A stretch of DNA of 64,000 nucleotides from Promethearchaeota archaeon. GTDB taxonomy: Archaea; Asgardarchaeota; Lokiarchaeia; Sigyniarchaeales; SOKP01. The position numbers were made by a program, and so were the translations under genes. Below are positions 39,862 through 50,074 of this stretch, piece by piece (position 1 is the stretch's first letter; each line of letters opens with the position of its first letter). A model generated the notes under the pieces. It was not told the DNA's origin. It did no database searches and was given only the letters and a program-made list of their open reading frames with translations. The DNA is taken from assembly GCA_048941015.1 (NCBI GenBank), contig JBHLNZ010000011.1:1-64000 (forward strand). Reading direction: 5' to 3'.

Positions 39862-42800
39862 CTATGACTTTCCTCCAAGTAATTTTTCTCGTAATATCTT
39901 TCCATCAACAGGGGTTCCTTTAATGAATTTTGAAGTCTTTTTTAATTCATTCTGATAACTATTTTGAAAAGCTGTTTCTCGACTTGTAATTGAAACATCT
40001 GGTGTTGTTGTTTTATTCAAACCTTTACGGTATTTTCTTACTTTCCTTACCGGTTTTGGATATTTGAGTACCTTTTGATAATATAATATATATGTGGTTA
40101 GACAAGCAGCACCTATAACAGCTATGGCAAATAATAATTGAAATAAGAAATTTCTCTCAGTAGGAATAAAAACGTTGTATGATACCTTCAAAATCACATT
40201 ATCGATTGAAATAGTTAAGTTATCAGTCAGATAAAATTCATCAGCTAAATACACTTGTATTGATAGATTGATTGTATCATTATTTGGAATTAATTTAATA
40301 ACATCAAATCCTCCAGGTTTAACATTTTGTAATGAAAGTTTTACATCCGCTAAATGAATTGTTTCGTTATGTTCAATATTATTAATGTAGATCCTAAATT
40401 TAGAATTTGGTGACAAACTTTCAGGCCATAACTGGTTAATCATACACTCAAAATTAAGATTTGCTTCAGTTATTTCTACTCTATAATTCCCAGCTTTAAT
40501 TTTATCTGCATTATAGGTCCAGGTCAAGCTATTAAATTGATTAATCTTCTTTTCGTAAGATATAGATAAAGTAAAATTTTTAATGATGATCATTTGCCAA
40601 TTATCACTATCACCTGGATGGCCGCTATCTTCGCACCAATAATACATCCCCAAGGTAATAGCAAAATTTTTGTAGTCATATTGTAAAGCATGTTCAAGAT
40701 AAAAGATCAAAGTTTCTTCATTTATCGGCATGATAGCGGTATCATTTAGCTGATTAATAGCAGGAGGTCCATCTTTTCCTAGATCATCCGTCTGGTATTG
40801 AGTAGCAATAAATTCTCGATTTCGGTTTAAATCGGAAATTAGCATAAAGTATCTTACAAAATCTCCTGTTGCTATTTGTACTGTGGTCCCTCCACTTGTA
40901 GTATCACCAGGCCGATCTATACCTCCTCCATTAACAGGACTCGCTTGAACACTCCCGTTAATCCAAGCTATAAGTGATGCTGAAGTAATATAATAGTCAG
41001 ACATGTTAATATCCATTGTAAAGTTCTTTCTCCATTGTACTTTTACCGATTGAGGTGCATTATCTGGCCATATAAAATATGAATACCAACCTCTCTCGTC
41101 CATTCCATAATCTCCTATAGTAAAGTTATCAGGTAATACTAATCCATCATCATTATCAATTCGAGTCCAATTACTACTTGTACCATTTTCATAAAATATT
41201 TGCTCCCCACTTTTACCTAAAATATCATAATTTGCGACTCCATTATTAATATTACTACCCATATCTGAGAGATCTCCTTCAATAGTTGAAGTCCAATTCA
41301 TTGTAGTATCAAAATTTGGGTTTTTTATCAATTGATCTTCGCGTGGTTCTATTTTGAATAATTCCGAGGGATTTTCTTGAGACAACTTTATGAAATCTGT
41401 ATTTTTTTGAACTTCAAACTTATAATTACCACTCAGAATAATTTGAGAAAAGATCAGCAATCCGAAGATAATAAAAAATATAATAATTAATTCTTTTGAT
41501 AATTTTGGCTTATTTTGTAGCAAAGTGGGTCTTTGTTTAACTGTTTTAGAGTATTCTATAGATCTTAATCCCAAAGATCCCGAAGTTTTTTTAATTTGCT
41601 TATTATATTTAGATTCAAAAGAATTTTTACGACTTTTTATTAAAATACTTGGAGAAGAGGGTTTATTTAGTGTCTTTCTATACTTTCTTACTTTCCTTAC
41701 TGGTTTAGGAAATCTCAAAACCCTTCGGTAATAAATTAGATATGTAGCTAATAATCCAGAAGTTATCAACGCCGCAATCAATAATATCTGAAACAGAATA
41801 TCACGCTGCGTTGGGAAAAAAATGTTATATGAGATATATAAAAGAACATTATCTAAACTCAATGTATAATTTTGATCTAAATCAAATCCATCAGCAATGT
41901 AAAGTTGCAAAGAGATATTGATCTCTTCATACTCGGGAATCAAAGTTGTAATCTTAAATCCATCACTTTTAGCTGGTTTAGAAGTTGTTTCTGCATCAAT
42001 TAATCTTATAGTTTCTGTATGCTCTCTTTCATTAATTTTTATTCTGATTTCTGAGTTTGGAGATAAATCTAAGGGCCAATCTTGATTAATTCTATAATTA
42101 AAGAACAGATTGGCATCTGTAACTTCTACAATTCCGCCTTTATTATTAATTTTATTTCCAAGATATTTCCAAGAGACAGAAGTGAATTGATTAATTTTTT
42201 TTGTATAGCTTATTGTAAAATTACAGGATTTGATATAAACTTCCGAAAATTCATCAAGATCTGTCCAAAAGTTATCTTCACAATTAAATTCGATTCCAAG
42301 TGCTATTATAAAGTTTTGATAGTCTCCATTTTCTAAAACTTGGTTTAAATAAAATATTAAGTCATTTATATTACTAGCTTCAATTAGAGTATCATATAAA
42401 TAATCATAGCTATCTGGAGTTTGATCCCCATCCTGTCCTAATGTTGTAGTTTGATTTTCAATAACTTTATAGTTAACACTTTTATCTAAATTCGCTAATT
42501 TTACATAAAATTTAATATAATCTCCTTCTATAAACCCTACTGCAGGCTCATATGAATCACCACTAACTTCTACTCCTTCCCAACTCCAGATATCCTGATT
42601 ATTTCCTCCTTCATAAGCTTTTGCTGTAGCGTTAATTAATATATCAAGAGATGCAGAAGTAATATTATAATCTGACATATTATAAGGAGTTGTAATTATT
42701 TTTTCCCATTGAATACTAGTTTTTTGATAAGCATTTGTAGTCGCTCCATCATATTCTGCCCATAAGTGAGACGCATAACATCCATGTTCATCTATTCCAT

Positions 42801-43209
42801 GACCTTGAGTGGGATATACGGGGATTTCAGGATTTGTTGTATTATACCAATTTAAAGAAGTTGATGAATTTGGTGTTCCAGAAATTAATGTTGTTGTAAA
42901 ATTTTCTCCAATAACGTTAAGATTAGCTTCTCCATTATTAATATTTGCTGATACATCTCTTGAATCTCCTTCGATAACTGAAACCCATCCTGTTGCATCT
43001 TCAAAATTAGAGTTTTGAATCCATTGTTGATCTTTAAATGTTTCTGTAAACCATCTATTTCCGCTTTCTTGTTGATTAAGGAGGAATACTTTTTCTACCT
43101 CATTGTTAATAGGAAAAATAGTAAATAAGAATGATGATATTAATAATACGGCTAAAAATGTAGTAAAAACGATAAAAATTGTATTGTTTTTATTTAACTT
43201 AATTTTCAT
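39862..43209 (-). CDS. Cell-surface membrane protein, double-unit member of the paralog array
   Basis: Two complete units (TM, ectodomain, TM, basic tail) in one 1115 aa ORF. Confidence 0.85.
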   Translation of the reverse strand: MKIKLNKNNTIFIVFTTFLAVLLISSFLFTIFPINNEVEKVFLLNQQESGNRWFTETFKDQQWIQNSNFEDATGWVSVIEGDSRDVSANINNGEANLNVIGENFTTTLISGTPNSSTSLNWYNTTNPEIPVYPTQGHGIDEHGCYASHLWAEYDGATTNAYQKTSIQWEKIITTPYNMSDYNITSASLDILINATAKAYEGGNNQDIWSWEGVEVSGDSYEPAVGFIEGDYIKFYVKLANLDKSVNYKVIENQTTTLGQDGDQTPDSYDYLYDTLIEASNINDLIFYLNQVLENGDYQNFIIALGIEFNCEDNFWTDLDEFSEVYIKSCNFTISYTKKINQFTSVSWKYLGNKINNKGGIVEVTDANLFFNYRINQDWPLDLSPNSEIRIKINEREHTETIRLIDAETTSKPAKSDGFKITTLIPEYEEINISLQLYIADGFDLDQNYTLSLDNVLLYISYNIFFPTQRDILFQILLIAALITSGLLATYLIYYRRVLRFPKPVRKVRKYRKTLNKPSSPSILIKSRKNSFESKYNKQIKKTSGSLGLRSIEYSKTVKQRPTLLQNKPKLSKELIIIFFIIFGLLIFSQIILSGNYKFEVQKNTDFIKLSQENPSELFKIEPREDQLIKNPNFDTTMNWTSTIEGDLSDMGSNINNGVANYDILGKSGEQIFYENGTSSNWTRIDNDDGLVLPDNFTIGDYGMDERGWYSYFIWPDNAPQSVKVQWRKNFTMDINMSDYYITSASLIAWINGSVQASPVNGGGIDRPGDTTSGGTTVQIATGDFVRYFMLISDLNRNREFIATQYQTDDLGKDGPPAINQLNDTAIMPINEETLIFYLEHALQYDYKNFAITLGMYYWCEDSGHPGDSDNWQMIIIKNFTLSISYEKKINQFNSLTWTYNADKIKAGNYRVEITEANLNFECMINQLWPESLSPNSKFRIYINNIEHNETIHLADVKLSLQNVKPGGFDVIKLIPNNDTINLSIQVYLADEFYLTDNLTISIDNVILKVSYNVFIPTERNFLFQLLFAIAVIGAACLTTYILYYQKVLKYPKPVRKVRKYRKGLNKTTTPDVSITSRETAFQNSYQNELKKTSKFIKGTPVDGKILREKLLGGKS

Positions 43210-43516
43210 GAATTATTAACTCCTATTTTTATGTAATTTTCTCCTCTTAAAATAAACCTTTATTAGATAATATAAAGATCGATAATTAAGTTTCTAATAA
43301 AAAAGGTTGATATAAATAATTTATAGTTTAGAATTTATATTTTACTCAATAAGCAAATATTTTTCTTATTATGAAGAATTTCTACTAATTTCTTTAATTA
43401 TTTTTGAATCAAACATTTTTCAATCAATAAGATTTAAGTTACTTCTCCAAAATTTATTTTTTAAAATAAATAAGAAAAGATAAAAATAATATTTAAGATA
43501 TTATTTCTTTTTATAC

Positions 43517-45208
43517 CTATTTTTCTAACATTTTGTCTCTAAGAATTTTACCATCTACAGGTATACCTTTCAGAAATTTACTCGATTTATCAACTTCTTT
43601 TTGAAATTTTCGATTAAAGGCTCTATCACGACTGATGATGTTTACACTCGGATCTCTTTCTCTCGGTAAAGTTTTCCTATATTTTCTCACTTTTCTTACG
43701 GGAACAGGATACTTTAAATATGTTTGATAAGCTATAAGATATGATGCCGCAGTAATTGCTGCTATTAGTGCTATTATGAATAAACCGAGAAAAAGTAAAT
43801 TTTGGGGAATAACATCTGGGAGCGTTTCAGTGTAAGAAATATATAGATATACATCTGTTATAGAAATAGTGATATTATCTTCCAAACCGAAATCTTCAGC
43901 TATATACACTTGGATTGATAAGTTGAATTCTTCATAAGGGAGAATTTTTGATAAAATATCGTATCCACCTGCTTTTGCCTCTTGAAAGTTTGGTGAGTTA
44001 GAATATTCTATTAAATCTAATGAAGGGTCTTCAAATTTTCTATCATTGATAAAAATTCTAAATTTCGAATTTTGAGAAGCAGTGGTCCAATTCTGATCAA
44101 TTTTGAACTTAAATCTAAGATTCGCTCCTGTTACTTGCACGCTTGTACCATTAATTTCATCTAATTCTTGATTCCAAGAAATACTTGTTGATTGATCGAT
44201 CCTTTTTACATAATTGAAGGTTAAATTCAAGTTTTTAATACGCAGCTCTGTCCAATCGTCTAAATCATATCCAGATTGATTATCTTCACAGTACATATAA
44301 ATTCCTAATACAACTGTAAAATTATTATGACCGGGATCAATTGCTAAAACATTAGTTAAAGCATCAATTATTGCTTGATCTCCATACGTTCCAATTAATC
44401 CTTCAATATCATATAACGAAAGTCCTTCATTACCTAACCAACGTGTTTGATTAAAAGCAATCCTATAAGTACTTAACTCATCAACATCTAAAGTAGAAAT
44501 CTCAACGTAAAATCGGGCAAAATCATACTTATCTGTGTGTTGATCTAATGTGTATCCTGCTCTGGCATCCGGATCGCCAGGTGTGTCAATATACATATCA
44601 ACACTTGCATTAATTATTGCTTCAAAATCTACTGAAGTAATAATATAATCAGACATATCAACATCTAAACTCACATTAGTCTTCCAATGTATTTCAGGAG
44701 TATTTTTAGGTTGACCACCAGTATCTTGTTCCCGCCACCGATGCGTACACCAAACGCCATCACTATCAACTCCATAGTATGGACCAGGAACATCTGTTCT
44801 TTGAGGCAAAATAACAGACTCAGATTTATTAAACGGTTCCCAGTTTGAATAAGATGTACTGTTAAGTATAACTTGTTGTTCATATGCTTCTCCAATAATT
44901 TCAAAATTTGCCTGGTTTGAACCAGTTGTTGCTAATACATCAGATACATCTCCTTCATAGGTTTGAAACCATGTAGGTTCTATAGGGGCATTAAATGTTG
45001 GATTATCCACCCATAATATATTATTATGCTCTTTTACAGCAGAAGGTTTAATTATTGCATTATTTTGAGCAATTCCTGTTCCAAATCTGAGACGTAATAA
45101 AGCTGAAGTTAACACTATACTTATAAAGATAAATAGAACTAAGAAACCAAGTCTCCTTTTTTTATTTTTCCTAAAAAAATTTATAAAATTCAACATCAAG
45201 ATCAACAT
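43517..45208 (-). CDS. Cell-surface membrane protein, paralog array member
   Basis: N-terminal TM, NPTF..PIEPTW, MSDYIITS, CEDN, C-terminal TM, YPVPVRKVRKYRK tail. Confidence 0.85.
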   Translation of the reverse strand: MLILMLNFINFFRKNKKRRLGFLVLFIFISIVLTSALLRLRFGTGIAQNNAIIKPSAVKEHNNILWVDNPTFNAPIEPTWFQTYEGDVSDVLATTGSNQANFEIIGEAYEQQVILNSTSYSNWEPFNKSESVILPQRTDVPGPYYGVDSDGVWCTHRWREQDTGGQPKNTPEIHWKTNVSLDVDMSDYIITSVDFEAIINASVDMYIDTPGDPDARAGYTLDQHTDKYDFARFYVEISTLDVDELSTYRIAFNQTRWLGNEGLSLYDIEGLIGTYGDQAIIDALTNVLAIDPGHNNFTVVLGIYMYCEDNQSGYDLDDWTELRIKNLNLTFNYVKRIDQSTSISWNQELDEINGTSVQVTGANLRFKFKIDQNWTTASQNSKFRIFINDRKFEDPSLDLIEYSNSPNFQEAKAGGYDILSKILPYEEFNLSIQVYIAEDFGLEDNITISITDVYLYISYTETLPDVIPQNLLFLGLFIIALIAAITAASYLIAYQTYLKYPVPVRKVRKYRKTLPRERDPSVNIISRDRAFNRKFQKEVDKSSKFLKGIPVDGKILRDKMLEK

Positions 45209-45354
45209 AAGAATTTCTTATTAAATTAATTTATTCGTAATATTTTATAATATTAATTTATAAGTTAAATTGGATGGCATTTAGTTTACTAACATATATT
45301 AAAAAAATACTTAAAAATATTTAGAAGATTTTAGTGAAATAAGCATTTTCTGAA

Positions 45355-47034
45355 TCATTTTTGGAGAATATTGTTTTCTTGATTACTTAATAATTTTTCC
45401 CTTAAAATTTTTCCATCTATTGGTGTACCTTTGAGATATCTATTGGTTTTATGCATCTCTTTTCGAAAAGATTGGTTAAAAGCTTTATCACGGCTAATAA
45501 TTTTTACATCAGGTTCCTTTTCTTTATGTAAAGTCTTACTAAACTTTCTTACCTTCCGAACAGGGATAGGATATTTTAAATACAACTGATAAGCAATTAA
45601 ATATCCTGTTAAAATAGTCGCTGCAAATAAAGCAATTATGAATAATCCTGTAGCTATCCAAGGCTCGATTCTTGGAGGTATAATCTCTTCAGTATAGGAA
45701 ATAATAAGTTGAACATCATCTATCGAGACTGTAAGATTTTGAGCAAGTCTAAACTCATCAGCGAGAAAAACTTGAATAGATAAAGTTATATTTACATTTA
45801 TTAATATTAAAGAAGTAACATCGAAGCCTTCTATGTTTGCTTCTTGAAAAGAGCTTGATGCTGTACTAAGTTTAATTGTTTCTGAATGTTGGTTATCATT
45901 AATAATTATTCTGATTTCAGAGTTAGGAGATAATGATGTTGGCCAAGAGTTTGAAATGTTATATTTGAACTTCAAATTTCCATCCGTTATTTGAACGTTA
46001 GATCCTGAAATTTTATTCCCTACCTGATTCCAAGAAACCGAAGTTGATCGATCCATCTTTTTCTCGTATGTAAATGATAAATCGCAAGATTTTATCAATA
46101 AGGAATACCATACGTCTAATTCGTATCCGGGATAATTATCTTCAGAATCTACTTCTATCCCAAGTGTAATTGTAAAGTTATAATTATCATGCTTTAATAC
46201 TTGCGTTAATGAGAAAATCAAAACATCCTCATCAACTTTAGTCATATTAGTATCAGACATATAATTTCTTGTTGAAAAATCATAATCTCTTCTGTCAGCA
46301 TAGCCTTCACCTAGATTTAATGTTTTGTTATAAGCAATTTCATAGGATTCCAAATTATTTAAATCAGAGATTTCGACATAAAAGCGAGTATAATCAAATA
46401 ACGACGCGTAACCTCCTTCGGCAAAAGGTGGATGGTCATTAGGTGTTTCAATATCAGTGTCCGCACTACCATTCACAACAGCATTTATTGAAGCGGAAGT
46501 TATTATGTAATCAGACATATCAACTGGCATGGTAACATTTCTTTTCCATAGAACGCCAGCTAAATTGGCAGTTTGATCACCAGAATTTGGAAATGGACCA
46601 CTTGAATCCTCATCATATACATGTGAAACATTGCAGCCATATTGATTAATCTCATGAGTTAATGGCAAAGGACGTACAGAATGGTTAAACTCTATCCAAT
46701 CACCAGCTTGAGGTGTTCCTGAGATCTCAGAAAAGGTCTGAGAATCACCAAGTATTTCAAAATTAGCTTGTCCTGGGCTTGTACTCGCACTCACATCAGA
46801 AAAATCACCTTGAATATTAGAAAACCAGGTTGGTTCAATTGGATCGTCAAATGTAGGGTTCTTTATCCATGAATTATTAGGATGGGCTATTATCCTGGAC
46901 GATTTTAAGGAATCTTCTTCGATAGAAATTTTTGTTGAAATTTGATTCCCTTTTAAAAACCCATAAAAAATAAACGCCATCATAAAAATTAGAATTATCA
47001 GAAAAAGATTTTTCTTTAAAGAGAGTTTTCTCAT
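45355..47034 (-). CDS. Cell-surface membrane protein, paralog array member
   Basis: Same architecture; SEDN, YPIPVRKVRKF, KGTPIDGKILREKLL. Confidence 0.85.
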   Translation of the reverse strand: MRKLSLKKNLFLIILIFMMAFIFYGFLKGNQISTKISIEEDSLKSSRIIAHPNNSWIKNPTFDDPIEPTWFSNIQGDFSDVSASTSPGQANFEILGDSQTFSEISGTPQAGDWIEFNHSVRPLPLTHEINQYGCNVSHVYDEDSSGPFPNSGDQTANLAGVLWKRNVTMPVDMSDYIITSASINAVVNGSADTDIETPNDHPPFAEGGYASLFDYTRFYVEISDLNNLESYEIAYNKTLNLGEGYADRRDYDFSTRNYMSDTNMTKVDEDVLIFSLTQVLKHDNYNFTITLGIEVDSEDNYPGYELDVWYSLLIKSCDLSFTYEKKMDRSTSVSWNQVGNKISGSNVQITDGNLKFKYNISNSWPTSLSPNSEIRIIINDNQHSETIKLSTASSSFQEANIEGFDVTSLILINVNITLSIQVFLADEFRLAQNLTVSIDDVQLIISYTEEIIPPRIEPWIATGLFIIALFAATILTGYLIAYQLYLKYPIPVRKVRKFSKTLHKEKEPDVKIISRDKAFNQSFRKEMHKTNRYLKGTPIDGKILREKLLSNQENNILQK

Positions 47035-47038
47035 TTTT

Positions 47039-48646
47039 TTAGCTACCTCCCTTCAGTAATTTAGAACTTCTACTTATTTCTTTCTCATAAGCCATTGAAA
47101 AAGAGCTTTCACGACTTTTAATTTCAGTGGAGGGTGTTTGTTCTTGGTTTAAGGTTTTTCGATATTTTCTTAATTTTCGAATTGGCTTTGGATATTTTAA
47201 CACCTTTTGATAAGCGATAATATAAGATCCTATTGTAAGAGCTGCAATAGTCGTAATTATAAGCAATATCCTGAAAATTAAAGGCTCTGGTTCTGGTGAA
47301 GGATCAGGTACTGTTTCAGTGTATGTTATAGATAAAAATACATCATCAATAGAAAGAACTATTACTTTATTTAGTTCAAACTCATCTGCAAGTAATACCT
47401 GAATAGAAAATGTTATATTTTCATATGGCAATAAGATATTTGATAAATCAAATCCATCTATTTTTGCATATTCAAATGTACTTATAGCGGTGCTCAACTT
47501 TATTGTTTCTGAATGCTTTCTATTATTAATATAAATTTCAATTTCTGAATTTGGAGACAATAGGGTAGACCAAATCTCACTAATCTTATACTTAAAATTT
47601 AAATTAGCACGCTTAATCTCAACATTATTTCCAGAAACAGCTGGTGCTTCTTGATTCCAAGATACCGCAGTTAATTGATTAACTTTTCTTTCATAGGTAA
47701 TTGTTAAATTACAAGATTTAATAAGGAGTGAATAAAACGTGTCTCTATCAGCTTGATCATAATTATCCTCGCAGTAAATATCGATTCCAAGCGTAATACC
47801 AAAATGATATGGATCTTTTTCTAAGGCTTTTGTTAAATAAAATATTAATTTGGTATCATTTATTTGAGACATTAATGTGTCAGTTAAATAATCTATAACT
47901 CCAGTTCCTTGACGAGTTTGATCTCCTTGCCCTAGATTGACCGTTTGATAATAAGCTATTTCATATAAATTTTCATAATCTAAATTTGAAACTTTTACAT
48001 AAAATCTAGCATAATCATAATATGTTGCAAAATATCCTGCACCATCAAAACTCAAATCATCAATAGGAGTCTCAACATTGGTATCTGCGCTTCCATTGAC
48101 TATTGCTGTTATTGAAGCAGAAGTAATTATATAATCTGACATATTGTCCATCATAGTAACATTTTTTCTCCAATGGACGCTTGGTCTATTCCTAGATTGA
48201 TCTGTATTTTCTTGAAATTCATGAGAGGCTTCGCATCCATTTGAATTAATTTCATGGGTACCATCCGGTAAAATAAAATAAGTATTGTTGAATTCAATCC
48301 AGTCTACCGCTTGTGGAGTACCTGAAACATTTTGAAATGTTCGATTTTCGCCTAATATCTCAAAGTTAACTTGTCCATAACTAACTGTTCCATTAACATC
48401 TGAAATATCCCCTCGATAATTTGTAAACCATGTTGGTTCTATAGGGGAATTAAAGCTAGGATTTTGGAGCCAAGAATTATTAGTTCTTGTAACGACTTTT
48501 GCTGTTTTAGGATTCTCGAAGCTTTCGGATTGTGTTAAAATATGATTTGAATTCAGTAAAATAGTAAAAGTCATAAAAGTGGATAAAATTAAAATGAAAA
48601 ATTTGAATTGAATTTTCTTTTTATGAAAACTTTTTAATTTTCTCAT
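47039..48646 (-). CDS. Cell-surface membrane protein, paralog array member (first gene of the array)
   Basis: Same architecture; ATG 48646 (MRKLK) after AGGGG parallels the MRKLS start of the next gene; tail YPKPIRKLRKYRK. Confidence 0.85.
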   Translation of the reverse strand: MRKLKSFHKKKIQFKFFILILSTFMTFTILLNSNHILTQSESFENPKTAKVVTRTNNSWLQNPSFNSPIEPTWFTNYRGDISDVNGTVSYGQVNFEILGENRTFQNVSGTPQAVDWIEFNNTYFILPDGTHEINSNGCEASHEFQENTDQSRNRPSVHWRKNVTMMDNMSDYIITSASITAIVNGSADTNVETPIDDLSFDGAGYFATYYDYARFYVKVSNLDYENLYEIAYYQTVNLGQGDQTRQGTGVIDYLTDTLMSQINDTKLIFYLTKALEKDPYHFGITLGIDIYCEDNYDQADRDTFYSLLIKSCNLTITYERKVNQLTAVSWNQEAPAVSGNNVEIKRANLNFKYKISEIWSTLLSPNSEIEIYINNRKHSETIKLSTAISTFEYAKIDGFDLSNILLPYENITFSIQVLLADEFELNKVIVLSIDDVFLSITYTETVPDPSPEPEPLIFRILLIITTIAALTIGSYIIAYQKVLKYPKPIRKLRKYRKTLNQEQTPSTEIKSRESSFSMAYEKEISRSSKLLKGGS

Positions 48647-48791
48647 AATAAATTTTCCCCTAAAATCCAAAATTATTGATGAATTTTAAATAATTTAATT
48701 GGTTAAATTTAATTTAATAAGTTACTTAAGAAATAATTATATATAATTTAATTTAGAAAATATATTTATAATATTATAGAGGCAAACCAAA

Positions 48792-50048
48792 TTGATTCAA
48801 GGAATTTTGACATTTCAGTTTAAGTTGAATCAAAACGAAACTACTGGTGAAATCAATCCAGAGTTTAGCCCAATTCAATTAGTATTTAAAAATGAGCAAT
48901 ACACTGAACAAAATTATAATGAACTAATAATTGAAAACGATATCTTTGCAACATTCTATCAACATACGACTGGAGTTACTGGTGTGAAATATGGTTTTAG
49001 CAACTTTTATGAAGGAAAATTAAAAGAAACTCCATATCAAGTATTATCTTATTTCAAACAACTTCCTGATGGAACACAGTATTTAGTAATGTCCTTATTT
49101 GAACTAGACGATGAGATAGAATTATTTGAAGATATCATGAAGGATATGGCAAAAAGATTAGATACGATTCTTGAAAAGTTGACCAAAGCTGTTAATACAA
49201 AACAAATGGATTTGATTTCTAACGTTAATATTAGATTAATGAATGAATTAAAGTACACTATCTTCCAGGTTGAACGCTTAAGTCAATTAGACAGATTACA
49301 AAAAGTTGCCCTTATTTATAATAGCCCTGAAAGACTAAAAATCTTAGAAACTGTGAGAGAAAGACCAATTTCAAAAGATGAGATGAAAAAAGTTATCGAA
49401 AAAATGAAACCAACTGCAAATATTGATATTCTTCTTAGACCATTTTTAGAGCTGAATTTAGTTCGCCGTGATTGGATTCGTGGTGAGAAAGACAAAAAGA
49501 CGGGTATTGTTAAAAATCAAGGAGAATACTTATTCTTAGTAAAAGATATTATATTCACTCGAGTACCCAATGAAAATTTGTTGAAGCATTTTAAAGAAAC
49601 TAATAATGAGCTCTTAGATGCTTACAAACAAAGAGCGGTTGATTTCTTTTCAGCTTACGATCCTTTAACAGAAAAGATCGAAGAAACCCAAAAACTAGCA
49701 GCTATTTTATTAAATCCAGATGTCTATGATTTCTTTGTACTAATGCGTTCAAACCATTACCCTTTGGATAAAATACCTAAAATTTTCTCTGAATTTGCCG
49801 TAACGGAAATACTACTTGATAATCTGAAAAAATTGAACATTATTACTGAAGTAAAGGATGAAGCGAAACGAAGTTGGATTTTATTACTAACAGATATCAA
49901 ACCTCTTACTATTTTTCCAGAATATCTCCTTCCAAAAATTAGAGAGGCTTATAGAAATGAAGATGTTGATGGGAAAATTACTCATGAGATTGCTAAAAAA
50001 GCATTAAATCTTCTTGAGGTCACTTATCCTGAAAGAATACTATTTTAA
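48792..50048 (+). CDS. Longin/uDENN-like domain plus two winged-helix domains (NPRL2-like architecture)
   Basis: N-terminal alpha/beta region, then ERLKILETVRERPISKDE...LELNLVRRDW and VYDFFVLMRS...LKKLNII wHTH-like units. Confidence 0.55.
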   Translation: MIQGILTFQFKLNQNETTGEINPEFSPIQLVFKNEQYTEQNYNELIIENDIFATFYQHTTGVTGVKYGFSNFYEGKLKETPYQVLSYFKQLPDGTQYLVMSLFELDDEIELFEDIMKDMAKRLDTILEKLTKAVNTKQMDLISNVNIRLMNELKYTIFQVERLSQLDRLQKVALIYNSPERLKILETVRERPISKDEMKKVIEKMKPTANIDILLRPFLELNLVRRDWIRGEKDKKTGIVKNQGEYLFLVKDIIFTRVPNENLLKHFKETNNELLDAYKQRAVDFFSAYDPLTEKIEETQKLAAILLNPDVYDFFVLMRSNHYPLDKIPKIFSEFAVTEILLDNLKKLNIITEVKDEAKRSWILLLTDIKPLTIFPEYLLPKIREAYRNEDVDGKITHEIAKKALNLLEVTYPERILF

Positions 50049-50074
50049 TAATTGAAATGAGATGATGTAAAAAG

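Larger units (their letters stand above)
39862..48646 (-). repeat. Tandem gene-duplication array: five homologous units of about 540-570 aa in four genes
   Basis: Collinear conserved blocks in all five units (NxxF, GDxxD, MSDYxITS, D[YF]x[RK], [CS]ED[NS], K[KR]xxxxxxxxW, NSxxxIxIN, A[DE]xFxL, PxP[VI]RK[VL]RK). Confidence 0.9.

Noticed and set aside
39862-45430. Eukaryotic dileucine sorting signal in DGKILREKLL
   Set aside because: Spacing does not fit [DE]xxxL[LI], and DxxIL is only a loose DxxLL match; too short to support
39862-48646. Diversity-generating retroelement or phase-variation cassette explaining the array
   Set aside because: No reverse transcriptase or recombinase in the window, and no near-identical template/variable repeats seen; divergence looks old and includes indels
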